Shown: positions 1-12,687, counted from the first letter of the stretch. The stretch: 64,000 bases of DNA from Klebsormidium nitens (GCA_000708835.1 DF237349.1:21216-85215), one strand, 5' to 3'. The notes: generated from the letters alone by a model not told the origin. Program-made: numbers and translations.

Positions 1-435
1 TTGCTAGACTGCATAGCAAAGGTGCGAAAATCTCACATCAGATGCCTCTGGATTTTCCCTTTCGGCCAGCAGAATAGGGTAAAAGGCCACAGTATGGAAT
101 TGAAACATGGTGGTAGCCTGTGCTATGCTCCAAGTTCTGTTCTGCGAGCTTTGATAATACGTTGAGTATAGCCTTGTGGCTTTTTAGCCCTTTCCAGCTG
201 CTTCTTCAGTTGACCCGGTTTCTGAAGTAGGGTGACACACAAAAGCGCTGGCAGTGTCAATTCTCAATTTCACCTGGCAGGACAGTATAGGTGACACATC
301 ATCAACATACTGGATTGAAGTACAAATCGAAGACGTGCGTTAGATTCTGTGGTGCCACAGGGATTCCTCCTGCCTCTAACCCACGTCTTTGGTTTAACTA
401 CCGCCATACTTAACCCACTTCACATACGTTTTCAG

Positions 436-1071
436 GATGAGATCCACGAGCTGCTTCTCAGCTTTGCTGAGGCGGGCGCTACAGTCCTGCGCCTCAAGGG
501 GGGCGACCCGCTTGTCTTCGGAAGGGGTGGGGAGGAGATGGACTTTCTCGAAATGAAGGGCATCCACGTGCAAATTGTTCCGGGCATAACGGCGGCCTCT
601 GGAATCTCGGCATCCTTGGGGATCCCCCTGACTCACCGGGGAGTGGCAAACAACGTTAGGTTCCTCACGGGGCATTCTCGGAAGGGGGGGCACGATCCCC
701 TGTTCGTGGCGGGGGGGGCAGCGGACCCTGACACGACGCTTGTGGTTTACATGGGGTTAGCCACGTTACCCGCTCTGGTAACCCGGTTAGTAGAAAACGG
801 GTTACCAGCGGATACGCCGGCGGTTGCGGTCGAGCGGGGGACGACTCCCGAGCAAAGAACGGTGTTTGGGGAGTTGACACAGTTGCACGATCTGGTAGAA
901 AAAGCACAGCTGGTGTCACCGACGTTGATCATGATCGGTCAAGTGGTGGCCCTCTCGCACCTGTGGCCGCATGGAGCGAAGGCGGACGTCGGGCGGATCT
1001 CGGGAAAGGAGCTGCCAATTGGGCCACGGGATAGGGCGCTTCGGCCAGCAGAGGATGTGGCCTGCTCTTGA
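436..1071 (+). CDS. UPM1: Uroporphyrinogen-III C-methyltransferase (SUMT, CysG-A/CobA family), final exon only; upstream exons not found in the window
   Basis: Acceptor ttttcag|GAT at 435/436, then DEIHELLLSFAEAGATVLRLKGGDPLVFGRGGEE...VPGITAASG...IPLTHRG...TLVVYMG...TPAVAVERGTT, which are the classic tetrapyrrole methylase motifs. TGA at 1069-1071. Confidence 0.95.
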   Translation, partial: DEIHELLLSFAEAGATVLRLKGGDPLVFGRGGEEMDFLEMKGIHVQIVPGITAASGISASLGIPLTHRGVANNVRFLTGHSRKGGHDPLFVAGGAADPDTTLVVYMGLATLPALVTRLVENGLPADTPAVAVERGTTPEQRTVFGELTQLHDLVEKAQLVSPTLIMIGQVVALSHLWPHGAKADVGRISGKELPIGPRDRALRPAEDVACS

Positions 1072-3121
1072 GTTCCAGTACGGGGGATTTAAGCCGGCTT
1101 GGGCTCTGGACACAGCGTGGTGTAAGGTTGAGGGAACGGTGTGAAGTATGGACAAAAGCTGAAATCTGTGTGTAATTTTTGGAGATAGGTAGTCTGCTTA
1201 AGTGTTGCTGGTGAATTTCGGTGGCAGATGTATTGCATTCACGCAGCACGTGCTTTGTGCATCCACAGCTAGGAGCTAGTACAGTCTCTGCATGAGGGCT
1301 CTTACAATGTTATAAATACCTTACTAATTAGCCTGTCCTTAAGGTTAACTAGGATAAGTACGTCACTCAGTAGTACGGTAGTGGGTAGAGGTTATGAGAG
1401 GGATGCTTCTTTCTGTGCAACATAACACAGAGTGGCAAACGTTTGGATAGCAGCAAACATTTCAGTCGCAAAGAGGGCTTGAAGCAATTGATCAATGAGT
1501 CTGGGCCACATTGGCTTAGTACTAAGGTTGTTGAAGCGCAGTGACCGGTCACACTGACAACTTTTCAAGAGATGAACAATTAATTGGCATTAAACTTATA
1601 CCTTACTTCTCCACAATTGAAATAACTTTATTGACAGTCAGATATTGCATGCGCTTAGGTACTGTTCCGTTCGTTGAAACCGTCGGAGTGATCGACCAAC
1701 ATGGCATGTATCTTTCAGCATTTATCATAGCCGGGGGCCATTTAAGAAATGGATAAGCATGTTTGTGATGCATCCGCCCATGATATTGTTGCACTCGTCA
1801 GTATACTAGTCAAAAACTTTCTTCTAGCTGCAGCCCGACCACGTCGGTCTAAACGACCACGTCGATCAATAATCTCAAGAAACTTAATTGTTCAGTCGGA
1901 GCTCCTCGATCGGTGCTGTCTCAACTTCCAACCGTTAAACGTAAAGTCACGATTGTATGCAGCTGCACGCTCAGCTACCATATTCAATTGCGTGGCGGGC
2001 GCCTCAACCATGCACATGCGTCCGACTTTGCACTGAGCAGATCTTTGTACGTTGATATGCAGGCTTCCGTGAGTCCGCGACATTCTGAATCGCGCCGGCA
2101 GCCTCGAATGATCCATGTCAGAGTCCAGTATAGCAATCAAAGTCCTGACCGCTTTCAATCATGCGACGTATATAAGCAAAACATACGCTGTCGAGTTGCG
2201 CATGTTGGCACAAGCCTAGTGGCACTAATTCGACGTACTTCTGCATTGCCGGCCGGGAAATCGGTTCCATGGAAACGGCCCTCATAGGAACGATAGATCA
2301 ACGCCATTAATTGAGACACTGCCAAGGGTTTCCAATTGGTCCTTTCAGCTTGGAAGGGCGCGATACTTAATCAATCAGGGACGACGACGCACGTGGCCAG
2401 GTGCCTGCGGAAGCTTTCTATAGAGAAAATTGATCCAACCGTCAATGACTTCTCTAAACGCGACCTAGGTTTGGCCTCCAACCGGTACCGACCTGATTTG
2501 AAGGTCGAATTATCGTATCAGATGATCTGATTTTTCCTAAGCGGGGTTGATGCCAGCTAGCTCAAGTATTCCACGTAGCGCAACGAATCAAAAGCTACTG
2601 AACCTGCCGCACTTGCGAGCAGCAAGATAATGATCCTAGCGTGACGTCGCAATCGTACTTCTTTGCTATGCACGCAGGGTTCTATACGTACCAACTTATC
2701 TGCATCACGTTGGATACGTGCCACCTCGCGTGCGACGCGGCACTAGCCCAAATGAATGGCTAACTGTTCTGTCGTATTTCGTAGCTATCAACCGAGTGCT
2801 TCTTTTGACCCGAGACGTCTCAACTACGTCGGTTGTGTAAAACGTCCCTAGCTTCTCAGCAGAGATCGTCGAAGGACGCCGAACGGAGTAAAGTGTGCCA
2901 AACAACGCTGTCTGTCTATCATGATGATACCAGCCGCCTATTTTACGAGAATCCGTAAAGTTACGACTCACGCTGCACGCATTGCTCTTCTTCTGAGACA
3001 GACTGATCGGATGACGCGCGCTTTCACGTTACAGCCCACCTTGTGCGCGAGCGCGAGCTAGTACGATTCCCTGACAACGCGCGCGCGTGTGTGCGCGCAC
3101 TCTTAACTCGCGGCGGCGCTC

Positions 3122-5893
3122 TTACACATTCTCGATGTCCTGATCTATAGCGTCGTGAATCTTTATGCTCGCCTGGTGCGCGAACGTGCGCGCGCGCTGC
3201 AGGCTAGTCTGCCGTACGAAACGCGCACTCGCCGGCGCACTCTGGCTCCGGTTGAACGCGGGCGCCTTCTGCTCCTCTTCGGGCGCGGCTTCCAGCTGCC
3301 ACGTCACCGTCTTCTCCGCGGCGTCGCTGCCATCATCACCAGACGGGGAGTCGTCACCGCTGAGGTCGGCTGAGCGCGCGCGCGCCTCGAGCCGCGTCGC
3401 GATGACGTGGATGATGTAGACGGAGTAGAGTTGGGAGGCGAAGAGAGCCATGTTGAGGAAAGGGAGCAGGATGGGCCATACGATATGCCAGTTGGTGCCG
3501 CTGCGTGACGCGGACGGCTCGTCGTACTGGGTAACGTAGAAGTCGATCAGGAGTGCCCACGTCAGCACGTTGATGACGAGCTTGAAGACGAGGACCTGCC
3601 ACGTGGAGATCTGCAGAAAGGGCACTCCTGAGAAAGTGTCGGAGTGTTAGCAAGAATGGAGGCCAGAGCCGAGCCAAAACAAACCCAGGCCGCGGCAGAT
3701 TGAGAGCGACAGTCAAAAAATGGACTCTGATCTCGCGCCGTCAATTGGAGCAGCCGAGTCGAATGTGTTGGTGAAGTCATCCGAGTCCGACACCTGAGTA
3801 TTGAGATGTGTCTACGCGTCCAGAACCAAGGCAACAACGGCTTTCAAAGGCCTGGTTTCTTTACGTCAGTGGACCGGTCAGTGTCCGAACGGTCGTTGAA
3901 CAGACTCTATACGGCACCTCAGACAAGGCAAGGTTCTGTCAAGGTCTAGGGAAGAGGAAGAAACTAGCTGGAGATAATTGAATTGCATTCCGAACCGCCT
4001 GAAGACATCGGCGCTCAAACCGACAGTCTTCAGACGGGGTTCAGAAACGTTCGTTCTTTGCAACGGTTTTTTTAGACCCAAACAAATGGATACATGCTGC
4101 CCCGCTCGACCCGAATCACAGCACCAAATATTGGAAAGAATCATGCGAGTCGGAGTAAGGACTTTTGGGTAGGATAATAGAAACTCAGAGCGTTCGCAAG
4201 GCACGAAATTCGTTGCTCGCTCATCGCTGGCACGCGACATGAGAATTCGCGCTCGCGCTCCTTTTCCTGACAGGCGCGGCCCAGGGGTGACGCAGCGGGT
4301 AACTCGGAGCGCACAAGTTTCTTTCTGGTTTAAGACGCAAGCACACCATCAGACTCTCGCGCGCGCTCACCTTCATGACGCGCGCGGCCCAAGGGTGCCC
4401 CAGCCGGTACATGGCGAGCCCCACGAACGTCAGCTGTTCCGTCGACGCGTGAAGCGATACGAGCAGCCCAAACCTCTGGAACGCGCGCGCCTCGGCGGAC
4501 GGCGCGTCGTCCTTGCTCGAGAAGTCCAGCAGCACGATCAGCAGGATCGTCACCACGTGGTGCAGCATGAGCGGAATTCCGGTCTCGTTCCGGTAGACGA
4601 GCTCGAAGACGTACAGGCTCGCGATCAGCAGCAGCCCGATGCGCGCGTTTGTCGCGGCCGCGACCGAGCCGCTCCGCCCGAAGAACAGCACGTCCCCGCC
4701 GTAGGCCAACGTCAGCACGAGCGCAGCTGACGTCACCAGAATCTCGAGGAGGTACGTCGCAGTGTTCCGCTGCTTGAGCGCGGACAGCGTCCGGTAGGGC
4801 GGCGCCCGCCGGCGGAGCGCGGAGTGCGCGACCGCGCACAGGACCCAGTAGATCAGCAGGAGGGTAATCATATTGGGCACGAGCGCGCGCCACAGGTATG
4901 GATCGGACCTTACGGCGAGCGTCGGGCAGTGGCCATTTGTTTCGCCGTACCAGTTGGTCTGCAGCCCGTAGTCGGTCCAGCAGTCGGACAGAACCTGGGA
5001 GGGTAAGTGGTGGGTTGGTGAATGCGCTTCGACTCTATCTGAGTAACGTGAAGTCTGAGTCAGGTATCGCTCTGATATTCTGGCGGAATACGCGTCAAGG
5101 CTGCGTCAATCGACTTGCAAATGGCTCAAAGCAGCGAAACGAAGGAAAGTCGGGAGCCTCAGTGAGCGCCAGATCATCGGCGACATAAAGTGCACATGAG
5201 TTGAAAGAACAGATACCAAGTCCCTTTAAACCAGGCGTACATTATCCGACAAAGCGCAGCCTTTCGTTGAAGAATAATCTGGGGTGCTAGATTTCACCAT
5301 CTCCAAAACCGCAAAGCCTGACAGGCGGTTGTAACCTATAAGCGTCTTAGAACACAAGATCGAACGGGCCAAAAGCATGTGCCCCGACATCTTCGACCTT
5401 CGCCAGAAGGCGAGTTGTATACCTTCTTCAAAGATCCTTGACTTACGAGCCGACGCGGCCGCCTCACCTTGTTGAAGTCGACCCCAAACCCGAGCGCCAC
5501 GTGGAGCCCCGTGGTTGCGACGTCCGGCAGGCACAGACAGTTTCTGGTTGACGCTTTAGTCCCGGGCGCGAAGGCCGCGTCAATCGCCGCGCAACACACT
5601 TCGGACGCGCCCCCCAAACAGCTCTCCATGGGGGTTAACAAATCTCTAACCGAGCAGTCGACCACCGGGTTACCGGGCAAATCGTCTAGGTTCATATCCG
5701 GCTGGTTTGCCAGGTTTTGCGCGAGAATATCGGCAGCAGAAACCGGCTGAGGTGACCGGTTCTGCAGACCCGGGCGGATATTGCCATTGGCGGCTAGCTT
5801 GGCGTTTTCGACGTCGTAGGCGCTCGGTAGCGCGACGGCATGCGGACAAGTGGAATCACCGTCTGACCCGGCCCGGAGGCTGAGGCCGGCCAT
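3122..5893 (-). CDS. ~512-aa membrane protein: N-terminal eight-cysteine-motif (LTP/prolamin-like) domain plus TLC (TRAM/LAG1/CLN8)-like multi-pass domain; exons 5893-5468, 4994-4371, 3610-3122
   Basis: Three ORF segments join in phase 0 at canonical AAG|gtgagg, cag|GTT, AAG|gtgagc and cag|ATC junctions. There are about 6-7 hydrophobic segments with YVFELVYR, LMLHHVVT and HASTEQ motifs typical of TLC-like proteins (family call from recollection). Cys spacing is C-x11-C-x7-CC-x17-CxC-x25-C-x17-C. Confidence 0.75.
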
Positions 5894-6254
5894 GACTAGC
5901 CTATACTAGGAAACCGTCCCGCTCGTCTTCACTGTCCGACCAAAAAAGTATCACACATCAAGGCCCCAACCGTCTCATGCAGTGCAAGTGACTTTCTGTG
6001 ATCACGAAGTAGCTAAAATGCCAGACAACCGCATCCACGCATGCATGAGTTGTATGAGGAAAGACGGATTGATGATGCTTCACCGATCCTCCAGTCAGTT
6101 ATATAGGTTTATCGTAGGTTAGCGAGCTCTAGGCTAGGCTCCCAGTGCCAGGGTACTCCACTTTTTAAATGAGAGCGATTTAACTCCGGTTCTAAGATTT
6201 CACGGGCCGCCACTAGCATCCTGTTCTCTAAAGCACCGCAATGAGGGGCCCCGC

Positions 6255-9200
6255 TCACATAACAATCAGGTTCTGCCGTTTGGCGTACGCGATGACCGCG
6301 AAAAAGATGACGAACATCCCGAATATGCTGCTCCCCACCACCCACTTGAACATGGACCCTTTGTGGTAAAGCTTGTTTGGGATGTTCATTCCGAACACGC
6401 CGACCACGACCGTGTAGCAGCCGACTACGAAGGTTGCTGTCGTCAGCATGAGCTGCATCGTCAGCAGGATGTTACGCTGGTTGTCCAGCTCGATGTTGAT
6501 GTAGTCCTCCGTGTCGTCGATGAACTCGTTCAGCTGCACGAGCGAGCGCCACGTGTCAGCCCGTCATTCAAAGTCTTCGATGCAATCAGTCGGGGAGTAA
6601 AGGTTGCAATGACGAGTCCTATTCGCCCCCTGCAACTTTCGAGGGTTCCTCCAAGCAGAGCGGCAGAAGGACGACCGTAGCCTTCGTCCAGAATCCCAAC
6701 AGAAATCATAGGGTGAGGGAGGTCTTACTCTACAAACAGATTGACTCGACATGGCTTGTTTCATATCCCAAGCGCTTCCCCAATCAGCCCTTTAAGAAAT
6801 CGTACAGAAAAGCGACGTAGAAAGCCTGCTTGTTAAGCGAGTAAGTCCGCGCACAGGCAAACACTGCAAATGTGCTCCTTCAAAACCTACGTGATTTCCG
6901 CTCCCAGACGAGAAGAGACTGACCATAAGGAGAGGACGAAGGCAAATCGCGACCACCCTTTTAGGAGAGGCGTCAAACCGCAGAAGACATTTTCAATTGT
7001 CCTCTTTCTAGGTATAAGGCCGCACATTCAACCGGTGGGCACGGAACAACCTTAAACTCAGAACGGGAACGGCGATGTGCTGATGCTTTGAAAGAGACGC
7101 GAGCCTACCGTGGAGAGCTTATTGAGCGAGGTGTCGATCTGTAGAAAGTACGACTCGAGCAGCATCTCCAGCTCCTCCACGTCGAACTTGCCGTCGCTGC
7201 TGTCGCTGTCGCTGTCGCTCTCCATCTGGCTCAGCGCGCCGGACGCGCGCCGGCTGCTGGCCCTGTTGAGCGAAAAAGGCAGGTTAAGTCCCGGTCAACC
7301 CGGTGAAAAAGGCAGGTTAAGTCCCGGTCAACCCGGTGAAAAAGGCAGGTTAAGTCCCGGTCAACCCGGTGAAAAGGGCAGCTTAAGTTTCGGCAATCCG
7401 GAAGAATATCACCCGTGATGTCCAACATGCTCGACGATAGACTGGAGAATACCATCACCCGAAACTTACTTAGGCGTAATTCCCGAACATGGCTGGAATT
7501 TCCGTGAACGAAATCGTTCGTAATAAACAATGTGACGAATCGGTTGCCCGCCTGTCAAGGCACTGGCGGTTTCAAAACCGCTGCAGCTTCCTAGCTGGCT
7601 CAGCGCGCCACACGCACGCCGGATTGAAGGATCGGAAAAAAAGAGACGGATGGAAAGCGAGAATCTGCAACGGCACAACACTGATTTCTGACTTCCGAAG
7701 GTTTCGCGCTCTCCTTCGAACACATGTAGACTGACCCGCTGTCAAATCCCGGCTGGCCCTGCTGCTGTTCACGCTCTCTTCGATCAAACCAGAAGGCAGG
7801 TTCAGATTTGACAAGGTACTAAAGTGTTCGATAGGTTTGAAGGCTGCCAGTGATTGGGCACGTGATAGGTTGGCTGCCTTCCCAAAAACTTCAAAAACCG
7901 GTGACCGAGAACCATCCGTTTTGACTAATTCCGAGAGTCATGCTATAGCAAAGGAAAGCAAAGTACGGAAGCCTGATTGAACACTCGCCCCACCGGCCTA
8001 CCTTTAGATGACAATCTACGAAAGAAAGTTTGATATGATCCTCACCGGAACATGACTACTTCGATATTTTATTGTCCGGCACGACCCTGACTCCCACACG
8101 CAAGATGTTCTCTGGGCGGATTTTAAAGTGACGCCTTCAAATTCGAAAGCAAAACAAGATTTTGCTCTGGATTCTGGGCGGATCTTAAAGTGACGCATTC
8201 AAACTAGAAAGCAAGAAGAAAACTTTGCTCCAGAATGCACCAGGACATGACCATCGGCGAAATCAGCGCCTCCTCGTTTAGCGCAACCGCGAACTCCGCG
8301 CGCAACACCTCCTTCCCGGCGTTCAGAAAGTCCTGCTTTGACAACGAAGCTCCGCACAAAACCTTGATGAATCGCCCGAAACATAAGCACGAGATAAAAG
8401 ATCCTGCTTCAAAAGGATAAGTGAGAACATAACCACCTACGGCGCCTACCGAGACATCGGCGAATTCAACACTTGGTCTTTCGGCGCAATCGCAAGCTCC
8501 GGGCGCGAGCCCTCTTTCCGGGCGCCAGAAAGTTCTCCTTTTGAGCACGAACTAAGCACAGGAAAATTGATAAAACGCTCACCGAGACATGACCATGGGC
8601 GAGTTCAGGATTTCGTCGTCCGGCGCAACCGTGAACCCCGCGCGCGATGCCTCCTTCTGAGCGTTCAGCATCTTGCGCGTCAGGTACATATCGTCCATGT
8701 CGCCGTCGTCGTCCAACAGCTGCTCCAGCTCGTCGCGCACCTGCAAAGAATTCTAAAAACCGGTTGGCCTCTCTGAACACCCGTCTTATTTTCTTTTGAC
8801 ATAAAGAGCTTCATCATGCGATCCGAAATCAGGTACTAGACGGGCTGCAGATTCGTTATCTCCCCATCGTCGTCCAAGAACTGTTTCCAGCTCGCTGCGC
8901 ACCTGCAGAGAGTAAGCCGGAAGTCCGTTTGAACCCCTCTGAAATTGCTCTCGACCCACCACTCCCAAAACTTGGCGGGATCATGTCGCCGTCAAGAATC
9001 ACTTAGCAGCTGCTCCATCTTGTGCACCTGCCAAAAGGGTCTCCTCTTAACACCTGCAAAAAGGGTCTTCTCTCAACCCGTCTTAACCAAAAACCGCTGG
9101 TCTCAGAATTCCCAATGAGGTACTGAGTGGGCTGCAAAGTTTCCCAACAGCTACTGCAGCCCGTCGCACGCCCGCAAGAAGGGACAGAAGCGCCCCTCTC

Positions 9201-11538
9201 GACCTCTCTTAATAAATCTAAAAATAAAATATAAATATAAATCTATCCACCAAAATTGGGTAAGATTCACAAAATCCAAATGAGGTACTCAATGAGCTAC
9301 GAAGCCATCCTGAGGCCGTTGCTGCCCCAGACAGGTCCAATCCATGCTGCTTTTCCAGTGACGGGGAGAACCTGATCATGCTTTTGCGACATAGACACGG
9401 CGGAAACGAAAGCAAGGCCAGTCCAGCTGGGCGCTGGAGGGGCTTGAAGGAGGAAAATCAGAAAGCGGCAGTTAACAGTGTTATCCACGCGACACTGAGA
9501 TATCTACACGCTTGATGCCTGACGTAGAACAAGCCAATAGGGGAACAGAACACAAGAGCGAAACTGTCGTTGTACTGCTGCAGCATCTGCCAGTAAGAAA
9601 CACCAGTCGACGGACTTCGGTCTCTGCAAGCCAGCACAGAAGTCAACCGCTTGCAGACCACCACTTTAAGCAAGGCATTCCTACAGCGATAACTTGCAAT
9701 ACCTGAGCTCTGCACGATGACGTAATGCAAACACCTGAAGAAGACACGTACTTGTTTCGAGGTTGACAGCTAGCCTAAAAATACCAATCGAATCCACGAC
9801 GACATATGCACCGCACCTACCTTCTGCACCCTGGCCGTGAGACGCGTCAGCCGACTCTTGAGCCCTCTGACCCGGTCCAGGTTCATCACCGTCACCTTTG
9901 CCGTGAGCTCGTCCAGGGCCGGATACGCGTCGCCCTCGAGCTCTTGCGTCCGAGCGTCGAGGTAACTACACACCTGCAGATTTGAGGAAGTCGTTCAGGG
10001 ACTACAGATTTGTACGTGGGAGTTTGCGGAGTGCTTGTCTACGGGCTTGAAATGGTTCAAAAAGCACGTTGAGGTAACTACAAACCTGCACATTTGGAGG
10101 GGTACTTCAGTGACTCTCCTTGACGGGGGAATATTGCGAAGTGCTTCTGAACGGGCTTTGAATGCTTCAGACAGCACTGAAATTGGGAGTGTTATTCTTG
10201 CCGTAAGCTCGTCGGGGCCGGGTATGCGTCGCCCTCGAGCTCTTGCATCCGCGCGTCGAAATAAGTACACACCAGTATTTCGGTCAGAACGGGATTACGG
10301 GACTTTTCGGAGTGCTTGTGAATGGGCTTGAGAAGGTTACAGAGAGCACTAGATCTGGGAGTGTAATCTTTGCCGTGAGCTCGTCCAGGGCCGGGTATGC
10401 GTCGCCCTCCAGCTCTTGAGTCCGAGCGTCAAGGAAACTACACACCTGGAGAATGAGGAGAGATTCCACTGACAACGGGAATTGTGCAAGTTTGCGGAAT
10501 GCTTGTGAAGGGGCTTGAGATGGTTCAGAAAGGACTTGATATTGGAGTTAATTTCTTGCGGTGAGCTCGTCCAGGGCCAGGGAATGCGTCGCCCTCGAGC
10601 TCTTGTGTCCGAGCGTCCAGATAACTACACACCTGTGAAGTAGGGGCGTGCATTTGAGTCACGGAGGGTGTCGACGATTTGCAGAGTGCTCGTAAAGTGA
10701 TACAGACAAGACGAGGTTGCTTGAAAGAGGGTCTTCTCTCCCAGCATCCACAGCACCTCAGCTAACACTACCTTTGACAAAAGAAGGAGACAAGGAGAGA
10801 ATGAAAGGAAAAGGAAAAGGCACAAAGGCGTCGATCAGATCAAGCTGACCACTCCAGCCTGCGATGACCAAACAATATCAGAAGACATTTGCCATCATTG
10901 GTACGGATCCTTCGACCAGATCTTTTTGTCAGATCCGCGTGGTCTTACTGTCGACATTGGGATGGCATGATGAACGAACATCTTACATAACGCGGCCTAT
11001 GAAGCAAGAGGAAAAGCTGATAAGCTTTTGGCTGATTGACAACGCCAATGTCTGAACAAACTCAGATCCCCCGGACAGTCTAATAAAATGTACTCACCGC
11101 CTCAAGCGCCACCTCCATCACGCGGAACTCGAACGGCAGCGAATCGTGGTTCTGCATCCCGTTCGCCCGGTCCGGGCTCGCCGCCTCCTCCCTCAGGGGG
11201 CTCGTCGCCGGCAGCGAGATCCGCCTCCTGAGCTCCTCCACAAACGGGATCACCGCCGCGCTGTTTGCATTGAGCAGCAGGACCTCTTCTGCCGTGATGA
11301 TCGCCTTGATGTGCTCCAAGTTCAGCACGATCGCCTTCTCGCGCCCCAGAATGGTCGACGAGTTCGACATCAGCGGCCCGAGGATGCGGAGGTCGCGCGC
11401 GGGGATGGACGCGCGCCGCATGATTGCATATTTGTCCACCTCAAGCACCTCGGTGTTCCCGTAAATGTCGAACCGGAGCCACATGCGGCACCCCGGCTTC
11501 TTCTTCTTCCCGAGCGCGGGGAGGTCTGTGTTCGACAT
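6255..11538 (-). CDS. MRS2: MRS2/CorA-family magnesium transporter; exons 11538-11098, 9973-9821, 8740-8583, 7262-7109, 6533-6255
   Basis: [96 protein letters not shown] and the GMN signature (GVFGMNIP) followed by a final TM helix. All junctions are GT-AG and phase-consistent. The start ATG is the first in frame; an upstream exon cannot be excluded. Confidence 0.95.
7272..7400. repeat. 33-bp tandem repeat (3 perfect copies plus 1 degenerate) abutting the MRS2 exon-4 acceptor
   Basis: Unit gaaaaaggcaggttaagtcccggtcaacccggt at 7272, 7305 and 7338. On the transcribed strand each unit has a CTTAAC branch-point-like motif followed by a pyrimidine run. Confidence 0.95.
8040..8560 (-). repeat. Degenerate intronic copies of the 3' end of MRS2 exon 3 plus flanking ~60-bp tandem units
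   Basis: 8240-8330 (gacatgaccatcggcgaaatcagcgcctcctcgtttagcgcaaccgcgaactccgcgcgcaacacctccttc) parallels exon sequence 8586-8660. A weaker copy lies near 8440-8520, and ctgggcggat..taaagtgacgc is repeated at 8112 and 8173. Confidence 0.8.
8820..9310 (-). repeat. Degenerate intronic copies of the MRS2 exon-3 acceptor and exon start (~150-170-bp period)
   Basis: cag|gtgcgcagcgagctggaaac near 8903 and cag|gtgcacaagatggagcagctg near 9030 versus the true cag|gtgcgcgacgagctggagcagctg. The spacer motif aat(c/g)aggtact recurs near 8828, 9115 and 9279. Confidence 0.8.
10060..10640 (-). repeat. Three near-complete (plus one short) intronic copies of the MRS2 exon-2 acceptor and first ~26 codons
   Basis: Copies at about 10200-10275, 10368-10447 and 10560-10634 of gtgtgtagttacctcgacgctcggacgcaagagctcgagggcgacgcgtatccggccctggacgagctcacggcaaag. 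The 10445 copy keeps cag|GTG and reads [26 protein letters not shown]. Confidence 0.95.
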
Positions 11539-12687
11539 GTTGGCGGCCGTGAGCGCGATGTGGGGGGGCGGCTGCGCCGCCGGCCCCACCCCCTTGAACA
11601 GCGCCCTGAACGTCGTGCGCCGTGTTTCACCGCTCTGGGGGGGTGAACCCTGCTCTCCCGGCCTGACTTTGCTGGCCCCCTGGTGCGACGGTCTGGCTGC
11701 TGCCAGACGTGAACATCGCCCACAGGCGCCTCAGCTCGGCCCTTCCACTTGTTCGGAACTCCAATATCAAACAATCCAAGCACTCCCTTTGTGGGGCACT
11801 CCTGCTTGATTAGTGTGACAATAAGTTTGATTGAGCACGTCAGCTGCTTCTCATTGAATTTACGATTCAAACCCTGCTGTACTGAGGCTTGAGCTGTCAG
11901 CTGGCAGAACAAACGAGTGACCAATTGCAAAAGGGGACTTTGCGGCACTCACTGAAGAGTGGCCCATCCCCAGCAATAGCTTACATCTTGGTGGTGTCCA
12001 AGTGCAACAGACCCGTTGGATTTCTCTAGTGCGTTTCTAGAGGTTCAGGCATGCTCGCTACAAACTTGATTGGTGGCACTCAGACCGCTGCTTGCCTGTG
12101 TATACCAGTCTACCCCGCCACCTTGCCGCTACTCAGTTGGGAGCCGCAAGGTCATTTCAAAAGTTCAGAGAGCGCAACGTCTGGAAACCCCTGACCGCCG
12201 AAAGAAACTCCCCTTCCTTCCTTACGTGCAACCACTGCAGAAAGGACTTTGCTTTCAATCCCAACTATTTTCTGCTGGACGTGAAGAATGATATTCTTCA
12301 ACACCTCAGCTACAGGTGCCTGAAAGAGGGCCTGAAAAATCATGAGAATGCAGCAAACAGAAACTGGTGCTCACTGCTCCACAGCTCAGACTCGGAGGCG
12401 CCAGGCAGATTGGATCTGGAATTGCAGCTGATCTGAACTTTGAAGACTGTTGGCAGTGTTGAAAAAGTGGCAATCAACATGAACCGGCATATGTATGCAA
12501 GCCGCTCCAAGATCTGATTGGTTAGCACATTGTTGAGTTCCTGGGACGTTGAGGACTTTTCTGAACTTCGATTGGATTTAGAGATCAGAAGTTTCAGCAA
12601 AGTTGCAAGAAAGTTGTAATTCAAGCTGAAACTAGAGAGATCGAAGCAGCTAAGGCAATTTTGTAAGGGTAAGGTCATTTTGTAGTG

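Noticed and set aside
1072-3121. Short ORFs between the UPM1 and TLC-like gene 3' ends
   Set aside because: No motifs or splice structure; consistent with convergent 3' UTR and intergenic DNA.
7272-7400. 33-bp direct repeats as a CRISPR array
   Set aside because: Units are contiguous with no spacers, lie in a eukaryotic intron, and have no cas genes nearby.
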